Made by a program: the position numbers and the translations under genes. The notes under the pieces are model-generated. The model saw nothing but the letters and a program-made list of their open reading frames with translations, had not been told where the DNA came from and searched no databases. Below are positions 1 to 10,947 of a stretch of DNA of 64,000 nt, in pieces (within the stretch, counting starts at the first letter, position 1; each line of letters starts with the position of its first letter). The DNA comes from Gammaproteobacteria bacterium (GTDB taxonomy: Bacteria; Pseudomonadota; Gammaproteobacteria; SZUA-140). Where the stretch lies: positions 138,002-202,001 of the forward strand of contig WFVD01000008.1 in NCBI GenBank assembly GCA_015491865.1, given 5' to 3'.

Positions 1-1596
1 CTCAGCCCAATTGACTGTCACCTTGGACTTGAGATAGCACTCTTTAGTGGCGAAGAGAAAGAGACAATTGAGAGCGCATTTGAATTTGTGAGAGAAGATT
101 GCCTGGTTCATATATTACCGCCCAGGGCGAAGATAAAGCGCTACATAGAGATGATTAATGCACTCCCTGAAGATGATAAAAAAATAGGCGAATTGTTGGT
201 CTCCTGCGGCGCTCTCACAAAATCAGAACTCGAAGGGGTGATTGATGAGCAGACCGAACATCGTTTTAGTCCCGCAGCCGGTAATTCACAGGTGCTGGGT
301 GAGATCGTTACCGAAAAAGGGATGGTTCAGAAAGAGGTGGTTGAAGCTGCAGCAGAAAAACAGCAGCGGGTTCGTTCTCTCAACAGCTCAGCGAAAACCA
401 TCCGGGTTGATTCTGAGAAACTGGATACGTTAGTCAATCTCGTGGGTGAAATGGTGATTGCGGGTGCCGGCACCGACCTTATCGCAAGACGCCTCGGTGA
501 TGATTCGCTAGTTGAATCGATGTCCGTGATGTCGCGCCTGGTTGAGGAGATCCGCGACAGCGCATTACATTTACGTATGGTTCAGATTGGGGAGACATTC
601 AACCGCTTTAACCGTGTTGTGCGTGATGTTAGCAAGGAGCTGGGTAAAGATATCAGGCTGGAAATTGCCGGTGCAGAAACTGAACTGGACAAGACAGTTG
701 TAGAGAAGATTGGTGACCCATTGATGCACCTGGTGCGTAACGCAATGGATCATGGTATCGAACCTGCTGATATACGTGTTGCGGCCGGCAAGCCTGCACA
801 GGGGCTGTTAAAGCTTAACGCCTATCACGACTCCGGCAGTATTGTCATTGAAGTGGAGGATGATGGTGCCGGCCTTAAGCGAGATGCCATTCTGGCAAAG
901 GCGATTGAAAAAGGCATTGTAGCTAATGGTCAGGTTTTAACGGACCAGGAAATTTATCGTTTGATTTTTGAACCAGGTTTTTCAACGGCAGAGCAGGTTA
1001 CAAATCTCTCTGGTCGTGGTGTTGGAATGGATGTGGTTAAAAAAAATATCGAGGCGTTAAGAGGGCTGGTGGATATCGAAAGCGAGGTAGGCATTGGTTC
1101 AAAGATCGTCATTCGCATGCCACTAACACTTGCGATCATCGACGGCTTTCTTGTCGGTGTTGGCCATTCATCCTATGTAATCCCGCTCGACATGGTACTT
1201 GAGTGCGTCGAATTGAGTGATGCAGAGCGGATAGAGGCACGTAAGCAGAGCTATATTAATCTTCGTGATGAAGTGTTGCCTCTAATGAGGCTGCGTGACA
1301 GTTTTAATATTAAAGGTGAAAACAGTGGGCGTGAAAATATCGTAGTGGTTCAGTGTGGTGGCTTAAAAGCGGGGTTGATTGTGGATGAACTACGAGGTGA
1401 ATTTCAGACAGTGATCAAACCGTTAGGCCGAATATTCCAGGGGTTAAAAGGCATTAGTGGTTCAACAATTCTGGGCAGTGGTGAAGTTGCGGTGATTCTT
1501 GATGTGCCGGGACTCATTAAACAGGTGGCTGAAGCGGGTGGGCGTATCACTTCAGTAAGTAATGGAAATCAAAATAAATCTCATGTTGTGCATTAA
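1..1596 (+). CDS. cheA: Chemotaxis histidine kinase CheA, 5'-truncated by the window edge (dimerisation, HATPase_c and CheW-like domains present)
   Basis: Frame 1 is open from nt 1 (LSPIDCHLGLEIALFSGEEK... precedes the first ATG at 88). Kinase motifs HLVRNAMDHGIE and GRGVGMD are present, as is a C-terminal CheW-like domain. Confidence 0.85.
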   Translation, partial: LSPIDCHLGLEIALFSGEEKETIESAFEFVREDCLVHILPPRAKIKRYIEMINALPEDDKKIGELLVSCGALTKSELEGVIDEQTEHRFSPAAGNSQVLGEIVTEKGMVQKEVVEAAAEKQQRVRSLNSSAKTIRVDSEKLDTLVNLVGEMVIAGAGTDLIARRLGDDSLVESMSVMSRLVEEIRDSALHLRMVQIGETFNRFNRVVRDVSKELGKDIRLEIAGAETELDKTVVEKIGDPLMHLVRNAMDHGIEPADIRVAAGKPAQGLLKLNAYHDSGSIVIEVEDDGAGLKRDAILAKAIEKGIVANGQVLTDQEIYRLIFEPGFSTAEQVTNLSGRGVGMDVVKKNIEALRGLVDIESEVGIGSKIVIRMPLTLAIIDGFLVGVGHSSYVIPLDMVLECVELSDAERIEARKQSYINLRDEVLPLMRLRDSFNIKGENSGRENIVVVQCGGLKAGLIVDELRGEFQTVIKPLGRIFQGLKGISGSTILGSGEVAVILDVPGLIKQVAEAGGRITSVSNGNQNKSHVVH

Positions 1597-1676
1597 GTTG
1601 TGATTTTTAAGGGGCCTTAAATAGGCTGTTTGAAGCATATTTTTAGTGATTCTAAAGAACAGGAATCAAGGAGCGA

Positions 1677-3365
1677 GTGATGATTAAGTTAAACAACATT
1701 AAAATTGCAAAAAGAATGGCCATGGCCGTGGGTATTCCCGTTCTTCTTCTTGCTTCTGTATTAGGCTTTTCCATTTACAAATTAAAAGGAGTTGAAACAG
1801 AGATTGTTAATATTGCGGAAACAGATATGCCATTGATGGAGTTGATTACCTCGATTACCGAACAGCAACTTGAGATATCAGTGCTATTTGAACGCAGCCT
1901 TAGATTTGGTGATGCGATAGCCACCGATGAAAAATCGCGTGATGAATTTAATGCTCTTGTGGAAGAAGTTAGCCAGAGCGAAGCTAGCGTGACTAAGGAT
2001 ATTGTGGCTGCTGAGGAAATGGCTGAAGCGGCGATTAGCAGTGCGCATGATGCCGCCGCAAAAGCAGAGTTTGAGAAGATTCTAAAAGCGCTTAAAGGTA
2101 TAGAGAAAGAGGCCGAGCTGGTTTCTGCTCATGTAGCAGAAGTGTTTGCGCTATTTGAGGCGGGTGATCTGGCTAAGGCGCATGAACGTAGTGAGGCCGT
2201 AGCGCATGAAGCAGAAACGTTATTTACACATATAGAGGGGGCGCTATCTGAAGTGGCGGCTTTTACAGATGCTGCTGCGAGGCAGGCAGAGAGTGATGTG
2301 AAGATGACCGAGACGATGGTGATGGGTATAGGCGCTGCTGCACTGGTGATAGGGCTGCTATTGGGTGTTGTCGTAGTGCGTTCAATTACGCGCCCAATGA
2401 ACGAGATCCTTGCCGCAGCAGATGATCTGCATAAAGGGGATGGCGATTTAACTTACCGCTTGCCTGATTTTGGTAGCGATGAGATTGGTGAAACGGCCAA
2501 CTCAATCAACGGTTTTATTGCCAAAATGCAAAACGTATTGCTAGATGTACGTGCCTCAGTCGAAACGGTTGCGACGGCCTCCGAAGAGGTGAGCGCCTCT
2601 GCGCAGAGTTTGAGCCAGGGTTCATCAGAGCAGGCGGCCAGTGTCGAAGAGACCAGCGCCGCGCTTGAACAGATGAGTGCTTCGATCAATCAGAATACCG
2701 AAAATGCAAAAGTGACCGATGGCATCGCCACCCGAGCCGCACAGGAGGCACTCGAAGGGGGTGAGGCCGTGACTGAAACGGTTGATGCAATGAACCAGAT
2801 TGCTGACAAGATCGGATTGATAGAAGACATCGCCTATAAAACAAACCTGCTTGCGCTGAATGCAGCGATCGAGGCCGCACGAGCAGGTGAACATGGCAAA
2901 GGTTTTGCCGTAGTGGCGGATGAGGTGCGCAAGTTAGCGGAGCGTAGCCAGGTTTCAGCACAGGAGATCAGTGAACAGGCGGGTAACAGCGTGAAGGTTG
3001 CAGAGCGTGCTGGTGGCCTGCTGGAGGCAATGGTCCCTAATATTCGTAAGACTGCTGATCTGGTGGAGGAGATTTCGGCCTCATCCGAAGAGCAGGCAAC
3101 GGCTGTCTCACAAGTGAATGGTGCGATGGGGCAGCTCGATCAGGTTTCACAGCAGTCCGCGGCCTCTTCAGAACAGCTTGCCGCAACCTCTGAAGAGCTG
3201 AGTGCAAATGCGGAGCAGCTGCAGAAGATCATCGGCTTCTTTAAATTAGACAATCATGCTCAGGCCCAGAACAGAGAATCACTACCTTTAGATGTTGAAG
3301 ATGAGGAGCCGGAAAGCCATGTTGGCGCTAACCAGGATTTTGTTCCATTTGGCAAGGCAGTATAA
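1677..3365 (+). CDS. Methyl-accepting chemotaxis protein (N-terminal TM, periplasmic region, second TM, HAMP, MCP signalling domain)
   Basis: Highly conserved MCP signalling motif [34 protein letters not shown]. There are two hydrophobic segments flanking a roughly 180-aa region. An RBS-like GGAG sits upstream. Confidence 0.85.
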   Translation: MMIKLNNIKIAKRMAMAVGIPVLLLASVLGFSIYKLKGVETEIVNIAETDMPLMELITSITEQQLEISVLFERSLRFGDAIATDEKSRDEFNALVEEVSQSEASVTKDIVAAEEMAEAAISSAHDAAAKAEFEKILKALKGIEKEAELVSAHVAEVFALFEAGDLAKAHERSEAVAHEAETLFTHIEGALSEVAAFTDAAARQAESDVKMTETMVMGIGAAALVIGLLLGVVVVRSITRPMNEILAAADDLHKGDGDLTYRLPDFGSDEIGETANSINGFIAKMQNVLLDVRASVETVATASEEVSASAQSLSQGSSEQAASVEETSAALEQMSASINQNTENAKVTDGIATRAAQEALEGGEAVTETVDAMNQIADKIGLIEDIAYKTNLLALNAAIEAARAGEHGKGFAVVADEVRKLAERSQVSAQEISEQAGNSVKVAERAGGLLEAMVPNIRKTADLVEEISASSEEQATAVSQVNGAMGQLDQVSQQSAASSEQLAATSEELSANAEQLQKIIGFFKLDNHAQAQNRESLPLDVEDEEPESHVGANQDFVPFGKAV

Positions 3366-3383
3366 CGGCGGGAGGGCAGGGCA

Positions 3384-3953
3384 ATGGCAAGCAATACGGT
3401 GGCAGCGCAGCAGCAGCCTGTAACAGCGCTTAACAAGTACCTCTGTTTTATGCTGGGTGATAAACGATTTGCAGCGAATATCTTGCGTATCAAAGAGATT
3501 ATGGAGCACATGGAAGTGACCACAATCCCGATGATGCCAGAATTCCTGTGCGGTGTTACCAATTTGCGAGGCAGTGTGGTTCCGGTCATTGACCTTGGTA
3601 AGCGGCTCGGTATGGGTGCCGTCTCAATCGGTCGGCGCACCTGCATTGTGATAATGGAGGTCGCCGTTCATGGGACTTCAATTGATGTTGGCATCATGGT
3701 AGATGCCGTCAACCAGGTAGCGGATATCACACCGGATGAAATTGAATCCGCCCCAAGTTTTGGCGGTAATATTTCGACTGAATTCATCGAAGGAATGGGG
3801 AAGGTGGATGGTGCGTTTGTGGTGCTACTCAACATTGATCGCCTGCTTTCGCTAGATGATCTTTCGCTGTTGAGTGATGCGGGCAGGATGGCAATGCAGA
3901 TGGATGCTCAGGCGGCACTACAGTGCGAACAGCCACAGGAGGTACGGTCATGA
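3384..3953 (+). CDS. cheW: CheW coupling protein (copy 1)
   Basis: 189-aa CheW-like domain. It lies 18 nt after the MCP stop. Confidence 0.85.
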   Translation: MASNTVAAQQQPVTALNKYLCFMLGDKRFAANILRIKEIMEHMEVTTIPMMPEFLCGVTNLRGSVVPVIDLGKRLGMGAVSIGRRTCIVIMEVAVHGTSIDVGIMVDAVNQVADITPDEIESAPSFGGNISTEFIEGMGKVDGAFVVLLNIDRLLSLDDLSLLSDAGRMAMQMDAQAALQCEQPQEVRS

Positions 3954-4513
3954 GCGAGTTTCTGGAAGAAAAAGAGCAGCCACACAATGCCGTGATCGCA
4001 GCTAACGAGAGCATGGCGGTTGATTGCCATCAAGAACTGAATAAATACCTGACCTTTCGTGTTGGTGAGTCTAACTTTGGGATTGATCTGCTGCGTATCA
4101 AGGAGATTATTGAGTATGCCAGTGTGTGTGATATTCCGATGGTGCCAGAACATATTCGAGGTGTAATTAACCTGCGCGGTAATGTGGTGCCGGTCATTGA
4201 TCTGGCCAATCGCATAGGCGTGACGGGTGATGCGACGGCGAGTAACCGTAGCTGCATCATCATTATCGATGTGAAAGCTCAGGATGAGTCGCTAGATATC
4301 GGTATTGTTGTCGATGCGGTGAATAAAGTCTACGAAATTGGCGAAGAAGATGTGGCACATGCACCGGCCTTTGGGGCCAATATTCGTACCGAGTTTATTA
4401 AAGGTATGGGGCGGATTGACCGACAGTTTGTAGTGTTATTAGAGCTTGCAAAGGTCCTCAATGCTGATGACCTGTCGATAAGCGATATCGCTAGCAATGC
4501 AGGGCATGTATAG
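3950..4513 (+). CDS. cheW: CheW coupling protein (copy 2)
   Basis: CheW-like domain. The ATG at 3950 overlaps the copy-1 stop (ATGA) and GGAGG lies 7 nt upstream, so this start is preferred over the GTG at 3923. Confidence 0.8.
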   Translation: MSEFLEEKEQPHNAVIAANESMAVDCHQELNKYLTFRVGESNFGIDLLRIKEIIEYASVCDIPMVPEHIRGVINLRGNVVPVIDLANRIGVTGDATASNRSCIIIIDVKAQDESLDIGIVVDAVNKVYEIGEEDVAHAPAFGANIRTEFIKGMGRIDRQFVVLLELAKVLNADDLSISDIASNAGHV

Positions 4514-4552
4514 CGTGGCCAACAATAAATAATATGATACTGGGGAAGTACG

Positions 4553-5392
4553 ATGTCGGCAGTAGCCAATAAGTCAGTGATGCTGGAGTCCATTAGAGAT
4601 GAAGAGTTTGCCGTATTTCAGGCGATGATTTACGAGCAGGTGGGCATCTCGATGAGTGAAAAGAAAAAATCACTGGTCGAAGGGCGGCTGGCAAAACGTC
4701 TGCGGCACCACGGTCTCAGCGATTACGCCTCTTATATAAAATTGATTAAGAGTGGTAATAGCGCAGAGCGCCAGATGGTAATCGATATGTTAACCACCAA
4801 TGAAACCAGCTTCTTTCGCGAGCAGCGTCATTTTGATTTTTTAACGAGCGAGGTGATACCAGCAAGTGGCCACGGCAGCCCTTACCGTATCTGGAGTGCA
4901 GCCTCATCATCGGGTGAAGAGGCCTACTCCATGGCGATGTTATTCGCAGATAAATATCGCTCAGACCGCTGGGAAATTATTGGTACCGATATTAGCCAGC
5001 AGATTCTGGCCAAAGCACGCAAGGCGCTCTACCCGATGCGTGCAGCAGAAAAAATCCCGCCTGATTATCTCAACCGATTCTGCCTGAAAGGGGTGCGCGA
5101 GCAGGAGGGGATGTTTCAGATCGATAAAAAGCTGGCCAGTAAAGTCACCTTTAACTCGCTTAACCTGAATGGTCAATGGCCTTCAAATATGGGGATGTTT
5201 GATCTGATTTTACTGCGTAATGTGATGATCTATTTTGACCAGAAAACCAAGCAGACCCTGGTGGAAAAGATTCTGCAACAGTTACGCCCCGGTGGCTATT
5301 TTATGATTGGCCATTCAGAAACCCTAAACGGGGTGAGTACAGCGGTAAAAATGGTCAAGCCATCAATATACTTAAAACCAGCAGTCCCATAG
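4553..5392 (+). CDS. cheR: Chemotaxis protein methyltransferase CheR
   Basis: N-terminal CheR all-alpha domain plus a SAM-dependent methyltransferase fold (FFREQRHFDFL, IWSAASSSGEEAYSMAM). Confidence 0.85.
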   Translation: MSAVANKSVMLESIRDEEFAVFQAMIYEQVGISMSEKKKSLVEGRLAKRLRHHGLSDYASYIKLIKSGNSAERQMVIDMLTTNETSFFREQRHFDFLTSEVIPASGHGSPYRIWSAASSSGEEAYSMAMLFADKYRSDRWEIIGTDISQQILAKARKALYPMRAAEKIPPDYLNRFCLKGVREQEGMFQIDKKLASKVTFNSLNLNGQWPSNMGMFDLILLRNVMIYFDQKTKQTLVEKILQQLRPGGYFMIGHSETLNGVSTAVKMVKPSIYLKPAVP

Positions 5393-5409
5393 AGCTAAGC
5401 GCGATGTTA

Positions 5410-5778
5410 TTACTCGCCTGCAAGGTTGAGAAACGGCATGGTTGAAATATAGAGCAACCCAGCAATGATGACCATATAGATTAAAAAACGCAGTGGGTTT
5501 TCCTTGAGACTGTCGAAAATGGTGCGATTCTCTCCCGCCGCCTTCTGTTGCTCATACGCGGCCTTCGCTTTTATCTGGCGCTCTTTCTGGTAGGCGGCGA
5601 TCAATGCCCTCGCGCGGGGCTCAAGTGCTTCATCACGTAGCCATAGCGCGGGCACCGACATCCCCCAGTTACCCGCTGGGGTCTCATAAAAGTCGATCTT
5701 ATCCTGCTGTAGCAGTTCGCGAACCGCTTCGGCCTCATCGTCCGGAACATTGCGTAGATTAAAGATGCGTACAGCCAT
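5410..5778 (-). CDS. Hypothetical small membrane-anchored protein (C-terminal TM helix)
   Basis: ORF convergent with cheR. The internal Met at 5778 (MAVRIFNL...) is chosen over 5946. There is a hydrophobic C-terminal helix. No family recognised. Confidence 0.4.
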   Translation of the reverse strand: MAVRIFNLRNVPDDEAEAVRELLQQDKIDFYETPAGNWGMSVPALWLRDEALEPRARALIAAYQKERQIKAKAAYEQQKAAGENRTIFDSLKENPLRFLIYMVIIAGLLYISTMPFLNLAGE

Positions 5779-5996
5779 AATGTCATTTGTCGGTGGTGTT
5801 AGATTATTCTGAGTCGAGCGATATAAAAATATGGTGGCTATTTTAGGGGAATCGCAGGCGGCTGCATAATCTTTATCATGCGGGGGCGCTCTCATGGTTT
5901 CGGTAGTGGTGGTGGGCACTGTTTTACGGTAGTTTAAGCGCTGCATCCTCGGGGGAGGATAGTGTATGCAGGGCTATTTTCCAGCGTGAGGGCGTT

Positions 5997-6746
5997 ATGG
6001 GGCGGTTGTTGCCAGAGATGAGGGGACGGGGACGTGACGCGACCATTATTGGTAGCGTGTTCTTTTTTGTTGCGCTGGCGCTCTATCTCGATGCCAGTGT
6101 CAGCCTGGCGATGCAAGTGACCATGGGTTACTGTGCCTGGTTCTTTCTGGGGTTGATGCTGCTGGGCGAAAGCACGGCAGTTCGTATGCAGGTGGTGGTC
6201 GCGATCATCTTTGCCACCATCGGTGAGTATTTCGCCTCGGTTTATCTGGGGGCCTATATCTACCGTTTTGAAAATGTTCCCGCCTATGTCCCGCCCGGCC
6301 ACGGCATGGTCTACCTAACCGCAGTCGTGATCGCACGGCAGACGCTGTTGACCACTTATCGCCAACAGATCACCTGGCTGGTGCTGGCCATCGGTGGGGT
6401 GTGGTCACTGTGGGGGCTTCTCTTGGCGGCACGCGGTGATGCCGCAGGTGCGCTGTTGTTTACGCTCTTTGTCTACTGTCTCTATAAAGGGCGCTCACCA
6501 CTCGTCTATCTCGGTGCTTTTTTTATCACCACCTGGCTGGAGGTGGTGGGTACCTGGAGCGGCACCTGGTACTGGGCGCGGCACGATCCGGTGCTAGGGC
6601 TCTCTCAGGGCAACCCACCGAGTGGTGTCGCCGTGTGGTATGTGATGGTCGATGCATTCGCGCTGGCGCTGGCACCGCGGCTAGTGGTGGCGATGAGGCG
6701 TACACGTCGTCGCCTCTTTAAACGGAACCGCCTGCCGTCCGAGTAG
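5997..6746 (+). CDS. Hypothetical polytopic membrane protein
   Basis: 249-aa ORF with about 6 hydrophobic segments and coding-like composition. No family recognised. Confidence 0.5.
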   Translation: MGRLLPEMRGRGRDATIIGSVFFFVALALYLDASVSLAMQVTMGYCAWFFLGLMLLGESTAVRMQVVVAIIFATIGEYFASVYLGAYIYRFENVPAYVPPGHGMVYLTAVVIARQTLLTTYRQQITWLVLAIGGVWSLWGLLLAARGDAAGALLFTLFVYCLYKGRSPLVYLGAFFITTWLEVVGTWSGTWYWARHDPVLGLSQGNPPSGVAVWYVMVDAFALALAPRLVVAMRRTRRRLFKRNRLPSE

Positions 6747-6821
6747 TTTTAACAGCCTGCCAAGTGGCGGCGAGTCACGTATAATGCCCCCCTTTATTGT
6801 TGCTGAGGAAGCGTACCTGAT

Positions 6822-9140
6822 ATGCCGTCGAGTAGTATTGTTACGATTGAATCCCGAATTGCCACTGAGTTAAATGTCCGAGAAGCACAGGTGACAGCCG
6901 CGATTACGCTGCTGGATGGCGGCGATACCGTACCGTTTATTTCACGTTACCGTAAAGAGGTGACCGGTGGGCTTGATGATACGCAGCTACGCCAGCTCGA
7001 AGAGCGCCTCAACTATCTGCGTGAACTCGATGAGCGCCGCGCAACAGTGCTAAAGGCGATCGACGAACAGGGAAAATTAGCGCCAGCGCTGAAACAGTCG
7101 ATTCTGGAAGCGGAGACCAAAACACGCCTTGAAGATCTCTATCGTCCCTATATGGTTAAGCGCCGAACGAAGGCGCAGATCGCGCGTGAAGCGGGGCTGG
7201 AGCCGCTGGCCGAGCAGCTCTTGTCTGATCCGACCACTGAGCCAGAAGTGTGCGCGGCCAGTTATGTTGATACCGATAACGGCGTAGCCGATGTTGCCGC
7301 TGCACTTGATGGCGCGCGCCAGATATTAATGGAACGCTTTGCCGAAGATGCCGAGCTAGTGGGTGAGCTGCGTGAACATTACTGGGAAAACGGCCTGCTG
7401 CATGCGACGGTGGTGGCGGATAAGGCGCACGAAGGGGCAAAATTCGCTGACTATTTTGATAAGCGCGAGGCGATTAAAGCGATTCCGTCGCACCGTGCGC
7501 TGGCGATGTTTCGTGGCCGTAGTGAAGGGGTTTTGCAACTGGCACTGGTGATCGCAGAAGATGAAGAGGCAGCAGCGAAACGTGAGCCAACCAGTGGCGA
7601 GCGTAAAATTGCACGGCGCTTTGGGATTAAAGATGAGGGGCGTCCGGCTGACCGCTGGTTACAGGAGACCGTGCGCTGGACATGGCGTGTGAAGCTGTCG
7701 ATGCATGTCGATCTTGAGCTGAAGAAGCGCCTGCGCGAGGCGAGCGAGCTGGATGCGATCAACATCTTTGCCAGTAACCTCAAGGATCTGCTGCTGGCCG
7801 CCCCGGCGGGGCCGCGCGCCACCATTGGCCTCGATCCCGGCCTGCGTACCGGCGTCAAGGTCGCGGTGGTCGATAACACCGGCAAGCTACTGGATCATGC
7901 GACGATCTATCCTCATGCACCAAAGAATCAGTGGGAGCAGTCGATCCATACCCTGGCGCTGCTGGCGAAGAGACACAGGGCCGATCTTGTCAGCATCGGA
8001 AACGGTACCGCATCACGCGAAACCGACAAGCTGGTGGGTGATCTGATCAAACAGCATAGTGACCTAAACCTCACCAGAATGATGGTGTCAGAGGCGGGGG
8101 CATCGGTCTATTCGGCATCGGAACTGGCCGCACGTGAGTTCCCGGATCTTGATGTGTCGATTCGCGGCGCAGTGTCGATCGCGCGGCGTCTACAGGACCC
8201 GCTGGCAGAGCTGGTCAAGATTGAGCCGAAGGCGATCGGTGTCGGCCAGTACCAGCATGACGTGAGCCAGGTGCGCCTGGCGCGCAGCCTGGAGGCGGTG
8301 ATCGAAGATTGTGTCAATGCCGTTGGCGTCGATGTGAACACCGCATCGGCCGCACTGCTGGCAAATATCGCCGGGCTTAATGCGACGCTGGCACAAAATA
8401 TCGTCAACTACCGTGACCAGCATGGCCGTTTCAAAGATCGTAAAACGTTATTGAAAGTGGCGCGACTTGGCCCGAAGGCCTACCAGCAGGCGGCCGGTTT
8501 TCTCCGGGTGATGGGAGGTAAAAACCCACTGGACGGCTCGGCGGTACATCCCGAGGCCTATCCGGTTGTGGAGCGCATCGCGGCCTTTACCAAAGGTGAT
8601 ATCCACTCCATTATTGGTGACAGCACGCTGTTAAAGAAGCTTGACCCCCGGGCATTCACCGATGAAAAGTTTGGTGAACCGACCGTGCGGGATATCCTTG
8701 CCGAGCTGGACAAGCCGGGGCGTGATCCGCGGCCTGAATTTGTCACCGCCAGTTTTAAAGAGGGTGTTGAGAAGCTGAGTGACCTGAAAGAGGGGATGAT
8801 GCTGGAAGGGGTGGTGACCAACGTCACCGCCTTTGGTGCCTTTGTTGATGTCGGTGTCCATCAGGATGGGTTGGTGCATATCTCTGCACTGGCAGACAAG
8901 TTTGTCAGTGACCCACGGGCCGTGGTGAAGGCGGGTGATGTGGTGAAGGTGCGTGTGCTCGATGTAGACCTGCCACGCAAGCGTATTGCATTAACCATGA
9001 AACGGCAGGGTGATGATAATCGCGCGGCTAAACCCGCGCGCTCGCCGCAACCATCGAACAGAAGAGCACCGTCGCAAAAACAGCAGCCGAAGCAGCAGAC
9101 CGCGATGGCAGCTGCATTTGCAGGATTAAAGAGAAAATAG
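6822..9140 (+). CDS. tex: Transcription accessory protein Tex (YqgF/HhH/S1 domains)
   Basis: The N-terminus ([18 protein letters not shown]) and the C-terminal S1 domain ([31 protein letters not shown]) are typical of Tex. Confidence 0.9.
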   Translation: MPSSSIVTIESRIATELNVREAQVTAAITLLDGGDTVPFISRYRKEVTGGLDDTQLRQLEERLNYLRELDERRATVLKAIDEQGKLAPALKQSILEAETKTRLEDLYRPYMVKRRTKAQIAREAGLEPLAEQLLSDPTTEPEVCAASYVDTDNGVADVAAALDGARQILMERFAEDAELVGELREHYWENGLLHATVVADKAHEGAKFADYFDKREAIKAIPSHRALAMFRGRSEGVLQLALVIAEDEEAAAKREPTSGERKIARRFGIKDEGRPADRWLQETVRWTWRVKLSMHVDLELKKRLREASELDAINIFASNLKDLLLAAPAGPRATIGLDPGLRTGVKVAVVDNTGKLLDHATIYPHAPKNQWEQSIHTLALLAKRHRADLVSIGNGTASRETDKLVGDLIKQHSDLNLTRMMVSEAGASVYSASELAAREFPDLDVSIRGAVSIARRLQDPLAELVKIEPKAIGVGQYQHDVSQVRLARSLEAVIEDCVNAVGVDVNTASAALLANIAGLNATLAQNIVNYRDQHGRFKDRKTLLKVARLGPKAYQQAAGFLRVMGGKNPLDGSAVHPEAYPVVERIAAFTKGDIHSIIGDSTLLKKLDPRAFTDEKFGEPTVRDILAELDKPGRDPRPEFVTASFKEGVEKLSDLKEGMMLEGVVTNVTAFGAFVDVGVHQDGLVHISALADKFVSDPRAVVKAGDVVKVRVLDVDLPRKRIALTMKRQGDDNRAAKPARSPQPSNRRAPSQKQQPKQQTAMAAAFAGLKRK

Positions 9141-9141
9141 C

Positions 9142-9504
9142 ATGTCACTGGCCGCGTTTATAAGCAAACTAAGAAGTACGCCAGGTGATGTCTCATTTGG
9201 CGAGACAATGGCGCTGATTGAGCGCTATTTCGACTACACTCCCAGCCGCTTCACTAACGGTGTGGGTGACAGCCGGCTGGTTAATGAGGCGGGTAGCAAT
9301 GAAGGCTCCTGCAAGATCTTTGCGTTAGGAAAACAACTGGCGCTGGATGAATCGGAGACGCTTAACTGCTTTGGTGACTACTACCGCATCGATGTGAAAC
9401 AGCATCCTGATGGGAGTGATCATGCCAATATCAGAAACTTTATCACTTACGGCTGGCGCGGCATCGAGTTTGACCATGTTGCACTGCAACCAAAGGAGTC
9501 GTGA
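9142..9504 (+). CDS. HopJ type III effector family protein (small conserved cytoplasmic protein)
   Basis: 120 aa with the pattern FTNGxGxxRxVNEAGSNEGSCKIFA...DYYRID typical of the HopJ family. It starts 2 nt after tex and overlaps the next gene (ATGA). Confidence 0.55.
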   Translation: MSLAAFISKLRSTPGDVSFGETMALIERYFDYTPSRFTNGVGDSRLVNEAGSNEGSCKIFALGKQLALDESETLNCFGDYYRIDVKQHPDGSDHANIRNFITYGWRGIEFDHVALQPKES

Positions 9505-10310
9505 TGCCATTACCCGATTTAGATAGCGTTGTTGCGATAGTGATCGATGTCGCCAGAGCAGAGCTGAACCCTCGCTTTACACATAGCGCACGTGAGTACA
9601 AAGCTGATGGCAGTATCGTGACCGAAGCCGACCGCGCTGTGCAGCAGGCGATTGAAGGTGCGCTGAAAACGTTGTGGCCTGAGTTTCTGTTTGTCGGAGA
9701 AGAGATGGGTGAGGCGGAGCAGACCGCTCTGCTTAACAACCGTGGTCAGGGAGTGTGGTGCCTTGATCCGGTGGACGGTACCAGTAATTTTGCAGCAGGC
9801 ATCCCGTTTTGTGCGATCTCATTGTCACTGTTACAGGACGGTGATGTGTTGCTCGGGGTTGTTTATGATCCGATGCGGGATGAGTGTTTTACGGCGATCA
9901 AGGGCCAGGGTGCCTGGCTTAATGGCGAGCCGCTTGGCAAGCGGATCCCCGAGCCGCCGCTTGCCAGAGGGATCGGCCTGATCGACCTGAAAAGATTGCC
10001 GCGAGAACTGGCGATGCGCATCATCGATGAGAAGCCATTTAGCTCGCAGCGCAATATAGGGGCTGTCGCACTGGAGTGGTGCTGGGTTGCCGCGGGTCGT
10101 TGCCATGTCTATCTGCACGGCAGACAACGGATCTGGGACTACGGCGCAGCGAGCCTGGTGTTACATGAGGCCGGTGGTTATTCAATGACACTGGATGGTG
10201 AGCCGGTGCTGTCGGTTAGCCTTGAGCCACGTTCCGCACTGGCTGCCCTTAATAAGGCGCTATTTGATGAGTGGGTAAGCTGGCTGGGGATTGCCGGAGG
10301 CGAGCGCTAA
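9501..10310 (+). CDS. Inositol monophosphatase family protein (SuhB/CysQ-like)
   Basis: Metal-binding motifs FVGEEMG and WCLDPVDGTSNF. Confidence 0.8.
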   Translation: MMPLPDLDSVVAIVIDVARAELNPRFTHSAREYKADGSIVTEADRAVQQAIEGALKTLWPEFLFVGEEMGEAEQTALLNNRGQGVWCLDPVDGTSNFAAGIPFCAISLSLLQDGDVLLGVVYDPMRDECFTAIKGQGAWLNGEPLGKRIPEPPLARGIGLIDLKRLPRELAMRIIDEKPFSSQRNIGAVALEWCWVAAGRCHVYLHGRQRIWDYGAASLVLHEAGGYSMTLDGEPVLSVSLEPRSALAALNKALFDEWVSWLGIAGGER

Positions 10311-10362
10311 CGGAAGAGATCGCTAATTAATGCGCTGATTACCTTTTTCAAAGCGAGGCCGG

Positions 10363-10623
10363 TTAGCGACGACCGCGCCTGTTTTTAGGTGCCTCAAAGT
10401 TTACACGCAGCGCTTTACCGCTAAAGTCCTTGCCGTCGAGGCCAGAGATAGCAGCGCGTGCTTCGTGGCCTTCCATTTCAATAAAACCAAACCCTTTGCA
10501 CTTGCTGGTGAAGACATCCGTTGCCAGCTTAATGGAACGCACCTTACCGAATTGGGAAAAGAGTTCGGTCACTTCAATTTCATTTGCGGAAGCGGGCAGG
10601 TTGCCAACAAAGAGTTTTTTCAT
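10363..10623 (-). CDS. RRM-type RNA-binding protein (RNP1/RNP2 motifs, RG-rich tail)
   Basis: RNP2 KLFVGNL and RNP1 KGFGFIEM. The C-terminus is NRRGRR. Confidence 0.75.
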   Translation of the reverse strand: MKKLFVGNLPASANEIEVTELFSQFGKVRSIKLATDVFTSKCKGFGFIEMEGHEARAAISGLDGKDFSGKALRVNFEAPKNRRGRR

Positions 10624-10743
10624 GGTGATGTCCTTATAGAATCGAGCATTCTATCTTTAAAAGCGATGGCCTGAATGACAGGTCAGGTGGAAAAATAGCC
10701 TGCACCGCCCTGTGTAACAGGACGGTGCAGTAACTGCGGTCTC

Positions 10744-10947
10744 TTACTGAGGTTGAACCTGCGCAGCCTGCAGACCTTTTGGCCCGGTTTCAACCTGGTA
10801 GCTGACGGTTTGACCTTCGGCCAGGGTTTTAAAGCCATCGCCAACGATTGCACGGAAATGTACAAACAGATCGTCACCGCCATCTTCCGGGGTGATAAAA
10901 CCAAAACCTTTTGATTCATTAAACCACTTTACGGTACCGGTATTCAT
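10744..10947 (-). CDS. Cold-shock protein (CspA family)
   Basis: [32 protein letters not shown] long 5' leader of about 200 nt lies upstream. Confidence 0.9.
   Translation of the reverse strand: MNTGTVKWFNESKGFGFITPEDGGDDLFVHFRAIVGDGFKTLAEGQTVSYQVETGPKGLQAAQVQPQ

Noticed and set aside
242-433. Short alternative-frame ORFs inside cheA, the MCP, tex and other long genes (many 60-100-aa entries in the ORF track)
   Set aside because: They are nested inside longer, homology-supported reading frames, as expected by chance in roughly 55% GC DNA.
10701-10731. Perfect 8-bp hairpin (CTGCACCG...CGGTGCAG) immediately downstream of the csp gene as a terminator
   Set aside because: No U-tract follows on either strand. 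It may be a processing or stability element, but it is not a canonical intrinsic terminator.
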